Position numbers and translations under genes: made by a program. Below the pieces are notes generated by a model, which saw only the letters and a list, made by a program, of their open reading frames with translations, had not been told where the DNA came from and searched no databases. A DNA stretch of 56,699 bases, counting the filler, from Streblomastix strix (lineage: Eukaryota): NCBI GenBank assembly GCA_008636045.1. It is 3 parts of 3 records of this genome, joined end to end, with 100 filler letters (N's around TTAATTAATTAA, not from the genome) between each part and the next. Parts side by side here need not be neighbours in the genome. Positions count along the whole stretch, not along the records: positions 37,870 to 56,699 come from SNRW01000579.1; 2 more parts are not named here. One strand, written 5' to 3'. Shown here piece after piece: positions 51,332-56,699 of this stretch; within the stretch, counting starts at the first letter, position 1; every line of letters begins with the position of its first letter.

Positions 51332-53380
51332 ATGGCGCCACGAGACAAAAAGACTAATCCTTACGTTAAAGCGTTGCTATATATCTCAACCATTGTTATT
51401 ATCGTAGTATTCCTCGTAATGATAGTCCTTGGAATCCTAGTTTTAGCAGTACTGAGCAAAGTCAAGTACCTCAACCTTGCAGCCATCTTCGCCATCATCA
51501 TAGGCGTGCTCGGGATAATTGTGTCCATATTCGGCATCTGGGGCCTCTTCAAGAGCAAGCTTGAGGGCAAACCGAAGTACGCCGTCCTTTTCTTCGCTGG
51601 CACAGTCATCGTTTTACAAGTGTTACTAATAGTAATTGGATTTACGTGTTTCTTTGCACGTCCAACTGTCAATTCGCTTATTGTTCTGAACCAAAACCAG
51701 CTCAAGACGTGGTTTAGCAATCTAACTGATGCTAAATTCAATACGCTGATTCGATTCCTGAAGCTTGCTGTGGATTATTTGAATATCGTTGGAGCTATTT
51801 TCTTTGTGGCAGCTGTGATTGTAATTTTGATACTAATACTGCTATGTTTTTATGTAGGCAAAAAGTCCTTTGCAAGAGTTTGCTATATTATCTGAATATT
51901 TATAATATATTATTTATAATATATTTATATTGGATATCGAAATAATTTAAATCAATTAATTATTTTAATGATTTAATATATATTTATTTCATACATTCTA
52001 ATTCTCTCCAATTTCAAATCTTATTTATTTATTTATTTTCTATTTCCCATCTTATATAACCAAGTTCCTCATTACATCCAGTTCAATTGTGCTAATAGTA
52101 GTAGGATTCGTATTGGCTATTTTCTTACTAATAACAAATCCATCATCATTAATGGTAGCAGGATAGAAAGTTCTGAACAAGTAGATACTCACCGCCATGG
52201 TTGTAGTGTTGTTTGTAGTTGGCGGTATAGATATTTGTTATTGTTATTTATTTTATTTTGTTGAATGGTTAAATAAATATATGATATTAATCCTTAAATT
52301 TTTGTATATAAATTCTTTCTTTTATATATATAAATTAATTCATTTATTAACTCATAATTAATTTTATTTAATTAACAATTATTTAAAAATTCAAAGCTAT
52401 CGGTATCTATGGCTTAATTGCAGCCAAATGGGGATCCAAATTCAAAATCCTATCAATAATATTCATCATCATCATCGGAGTTATAGCAGTTGGTGCGTTT
52501 GGAGTATTCATAGCAGCTGCAGCTCTAAGAAAGAGATTTGTCAATGGAGTTGATTCTTTTTGTGGTGGAGGAGAAGCTCCAATTGCAGAAATACCTGAAG
52601 AAGAAGAAGAAGAAGAATAATAATAATAAACTTACGATCTAGCAATGAATTATAATTCAGATTCAAACCCGAAATACCTTCCATTTGATATGCAAAACTA
52701 GCCAGATTCAGAACATTATGCAGTTCATATAAGCACAACTACAACAATTAATTCAGTATCTGAATGCAATGAGATGCTATCCAGACTAAGAGATTCTAAA
52801 TGTGGTGAAATTACTGACAGTGAAGCTGAATAACTGAAATGCAGAAATGATTTGACTTATGCTGATGTGATTGATCTGCTCAAGAAAATGAAAGGAGGAT
52901 GGGTTGATTTAATAAGTATGTCGGATTATTGATATATATGTAAATGTAGAATGTGGATTGATTATATATTGAATAGAGAATTTATATATGAAATTATATA
53001 TATTTATAATTTTTAATTATTATAATTTTATTTTTTTATTATATAAAATTATTTATTTTTACCCCCATCATTTTATCTACAGTCAGCGTTGCAATATATA
53101 TTACCGCTTATTTGGCTTTGAATGTCATCGCGGGTATTTATAACTGTGTAAAGAAGGTATATTATATTGTTTATATATATAAACAATCATTTATCCATTA
53201 TATATATAACATTAATTATTATTATATATAAAACATTCATTATTATTATGTACATAACATTCATTAATATTAATACAGGATCCAAAACCAGAATAAGACA
53301 ATCCGAAGAAAAGAAGAGCATCTGCAACAACAAATGATATAAGGATGGATCCTATAGGAGATGATGGAAATAGATTTTGA
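51332..53380 (+). CDS. 466-aa, ~8-TM protein built of two tetraspanin-like halves, 5 exons
   Basis: Exons 51332-51877, 52065-52224, 52397-52915, 53083-53156, 53279-53380 join in frame at GT-AG sites. Confidence 0.8.
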
Positions 53381-54091
53381 GTATGAAATAGGATAATGAA
53401 TTGATATTATGATGACGATATAATGAGTTGATATAATGGATGATGATGAAGATGATGAAAAGTTAAATGATTTGAAGTATTATATTGGATAAAATGATTA
53501 TTGAATGCAATACGTTTAAGATTGCAATTTGATTGAGTAAATTTTTTTTTTCAAATTTTTATTGTATCTTAATTTTTTTGGGAGTTAAGAATGATGCAAT
53601 GGCTAAATGGTAAGATTTGGAGAGTTTATTGACAAATTGAACAATAGTGGATTTCATACACATATATTATTTTCGAATCATTTTCACAACAACTTTAATA
53701 GTGAATTATTTTAAGATTTCAACTTTTAACAACAGTTTTAGTTTAAATTGTGAATAGTTTTTGCTTTTACAATAATCATTAAAATTAATTTTTAATACAT
53801 ATTTTTTTATAATGTGTTCTATTCAATTTTCTTTTTTTATATAAATAATAATATAATAAAAATTTACGACATATTATTGTATGATCAAAATATTTATTAA
53901 ATTTAAAAAAAGTTATGATTAAATAATACAATATTTAGAATAATAGAATTAAAAACATATGCAAAAATAAATAAACTTTTAATATGAAAGCAGAAATTTA
54001 AACCTATATTCTATTTCAGCTTTAATTTTATATCATTTCATCATTATCACTTATTATCTATAATTATTTCGTTTCATCATCTTATTTTCAA

Positions 54092-55127
54092 TCAATTTTT
54101 CCACTTTTCGCCAAATTTGAGCTTTTTGGTGAAGAATCCGTGTTTGGCTGTCGGTTCAGCGAGTTTTTCGAATTTGAATACTTTGAACTGTGCGCCTTTG
54201 TTGTAGAAGTAGGCCTTAAATATTAATAATAAAAGAAAAGATAATTATAAAATTTTAATAAAAAGAATGATCAGATAAATTATTTATAATATATACATAA
54301 TGTTTAATTTATGATCCAAACGTAGAATTTTATAGAAGGAGGCAGCCAAGTTACGTAGTTTTTCTGCTCCACATCGTTCACGAAGAAAGTTAATGTTCGA
54401 GGATTAACATCCATATTCACCTAAATCAAATAAGTAAAAAAATTGGGAAGAAAAATCAAAAATCAAATAAATTAGATGAAGTACATATTTTATTCATTTA
54501 ATTTCCTATTTAAATAACAATTTAATATAATTAATGTATTAATATTTGCACATTATTCCATATATTCTGTCATTTATGCAAACCTCCATGGCAACGCGTT
54601 TTAAGCTATCGAATCTCGCATTACCAGCAACGTATGGACCAATATGCCGCATTAATCCAGAATTGTCATAGTATACAATTCGATCAAAACCTTATAATAA
54701 TAAATGATACATACAATATATTAATGATTTTTTAAATAATATTGAAAGAGTAAGATATTATTCATTAATGTAATAAAATTAAATGTTTATTACCTCTTGC
54801 ACATGCTTCTTCGTTTTGTTCGAAGCTATTAGATTCATAGCCGATTCCTATTCCTAATTATTGTCATTAAATAAATATTAGGCAATTAAATAAAGTAAGT
54901 GTTTAAATAATAATAATAATAATAATAATAATAACTATAATACCTAAGAAGCCTTCTATCGTATGTATTTCCAGTTTGTAGATGCCGCTGCTAATAGCAG
55001 GATCGAAAACGATTGGAGCAAAGTTTTAATTCTCCTTTGTGTGCGTGAATATGTTACCCTCAATTAAGACATCTTTAAGCACTGTACTGTTGGCAGGAAC
55101 TAACTAACTCATAGAAAAAAACGGTAT
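54092..55127 (-). CDS. Multi-exon SPRY/B30.2-like protein, paralogue of 40044-41424
   Basis: IVFDPAISSGIYKLE / GIGIG / RVAME / VNMDVNPRTLTFFVNDVEQKNYV / KFGEKWKN*; possible further 5' exon near 55513-55613. Confidence 0.7.
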
Positions 55128-55945
55128 CTGAAGATAAAATAAAAAGATGAAAGTATTCAACGTATCAAATATAAATTTATTAGTTGAATAATAAAAATAT
55201 AATAATATATTAAAATAATGTTAATTAAAATAATAAATAAAACAATAAAGTCAAATATAGTGAGTAAAACAACATTCAAGATAAAAAATTATTGCGAATG
55301 TTTTTCTGATTAGTTTACATTTAAAAAGGAAAAATATATTAAATTCTTTCAAAAAATTAGTAATTAGTATTAAATTGTAAATATTACACAAATAATATAT
55401 TTGTTCAAGAGATTTAGAAGGAAAAATAAAAATTAATTTTAATATTTTTAATAATTAGTTCAATTTGTAGAAAATAATAAAAATAAAAATAATTATGTAA
55501 TCTATAACATACTGAAGATAACTCATATTTGAAACTGTTAACATAGTCGAAATCACTTTCAAAATTTTTTGTTTTTTGTCCAGCAACTTCGGTTTCATTA
55601 ATACATTTTTCATGTTTGATTTCTTTATTATTTCATTAAAATATATAGGATTAAGTGCTTGATCACAATAAATAAATTATAAAATATTATTTTTTTAAAA
55701 TCAATTATGATAATACAAAAAACTCAAGATAAATTTACATTTTAAGCATTAAGTCAAAAAATAAACGTTTCATGAGAATTATTTTTAATAATATAATGAA
55801 ATTTCAAATTAATAATTAATTTTATTTTCTAAAAATACTAATTAATCGTGGAAATAGATAAACTCTAATTTTTTCTATAACCGCTTATGCTATTATCTCA
55901 ACAATCACTACACTATGACCCTTCACCTTTATTAAAAGACTATCA

Positions 55946-56699
55946 ATGAGAATGTGTCCAGTCAAAAACAAAAAGAGCTTTGTTTGCGACATGAGTGAAG
56001 TGGAGCATCCACCATCATCTTTAATTTCAATGGGTATAAGTAACAGCACTAATGACGAGCTTAAAGCTTCATAAGATAGCACTGCCGTCACGCAGAAGCC
56101 TTCACTGCGTCAAATTACGGAAAATCAGATACTTCCAGAAATTATTGCTCCACTTCCTAGCTTAAATATTCACTTTTCATTCATCAACGATGAACACATG
56201 AACGATGCTGGATTTGAGATATGGTACTACCCTGGAAATCGCTATGTTTACATTTCTGACGAAGGAACGCCAGTCGCTCGCGTTACCACTCAGGGCATCA
56301 TGAATATCACTTCTGGAGCTTAGCAAATATTTGACGATTGAGGATTCGAATTTAAATATGAAATACAAACGTGGGCCGCTCAAATAATCGCTGAAATTGC
56401 AACAATTAAAGCAATGCAGTAGAAAACATTACAGAAACAAGAATCTATTAATAAAACTGCTAATAATAATAAACCATAAACGAACATCGATTAGATAACC
56501 TAAGCACATACTCGTAAAATCAAACATTCAAGAGACGACGAAAATGCACCTACTACTACTCCAGTACAAACTCCCGAACCTTCATTTACCAATTTGCAAT
56601 AACAATTTGAGTAATCTTCAAAAAGATACGCTTACTATGATTCTGACGCAGATGAGAAAGTCTCTATCAAAGTCGGGATGTTACTTGAAGGCGTATTGC
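55946..56699 (+). pseudogene. Unknown ORF running off the window, one internal TGA
   Basis: Higher GC open frame MRMCPVKN..FEIWYYPGNRYVYI..; TGA at 56339. Confidence 0.45.

Noticed and set aside
54906..54933. (AAT)n run
   Set aside because: Ordinary intronic microsatellite
1378..56383. Most ORFs in the supplied six-frame track
   Set aside because: Computed with TAA/TAG as stops; mostly antisense shadows or fragments. Those at 13941, 14368, 17413, 45372, 51290 and the end of 35207 overlap real frames

Overview
Very AT-rich eukaryotic DNA that reads with TAA/TAG = Gln and TGA as the only stop. The code, the short GT-AG introns and the gene families point most likely to the oxymonad Streblomastix strix (inference). 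The supplied standard-code ORF track is therefore mostly spurious. The window joins three pieces at two 100-nt spacers (N44-TTAATTAATTAA-N44, at 18839-18938 and 37770-37869). Piece 1 (1-18838) holds a Fic-motif remnant, two tandem decayed AEP primase/SF3 (D5-like) helicase genes and a full-length decayed Helitron with both ends. Piece 2 (18939-37769) holds about 16 kb of an endogenous Polinton/Maverick-like virus: fibre-like protein, small amphipathic protein, probable major and minor capsid, KilA-N, packaging ATPase, protein-primed PolB with an HNH insert, and an RVE integrase split by a MITE. An OTU protease joined to a transposase-like tail follows it. The most striking feature is six copies of an exactly 90-bp structured repeat in strictly alternating orientation, which divide the viral genome into functional modules. 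Piece 3 (37870-56699) holds host genes (helical-repeat, two SPRY-like, an 8-TM double-tetraspanin-like), a pogo element with a ubiquitin-like domain upstream of its transposase, a second DDE_1 transposase and a mariner remnant. All protein calls come from manual translation and motif recognition; no database searches were run.
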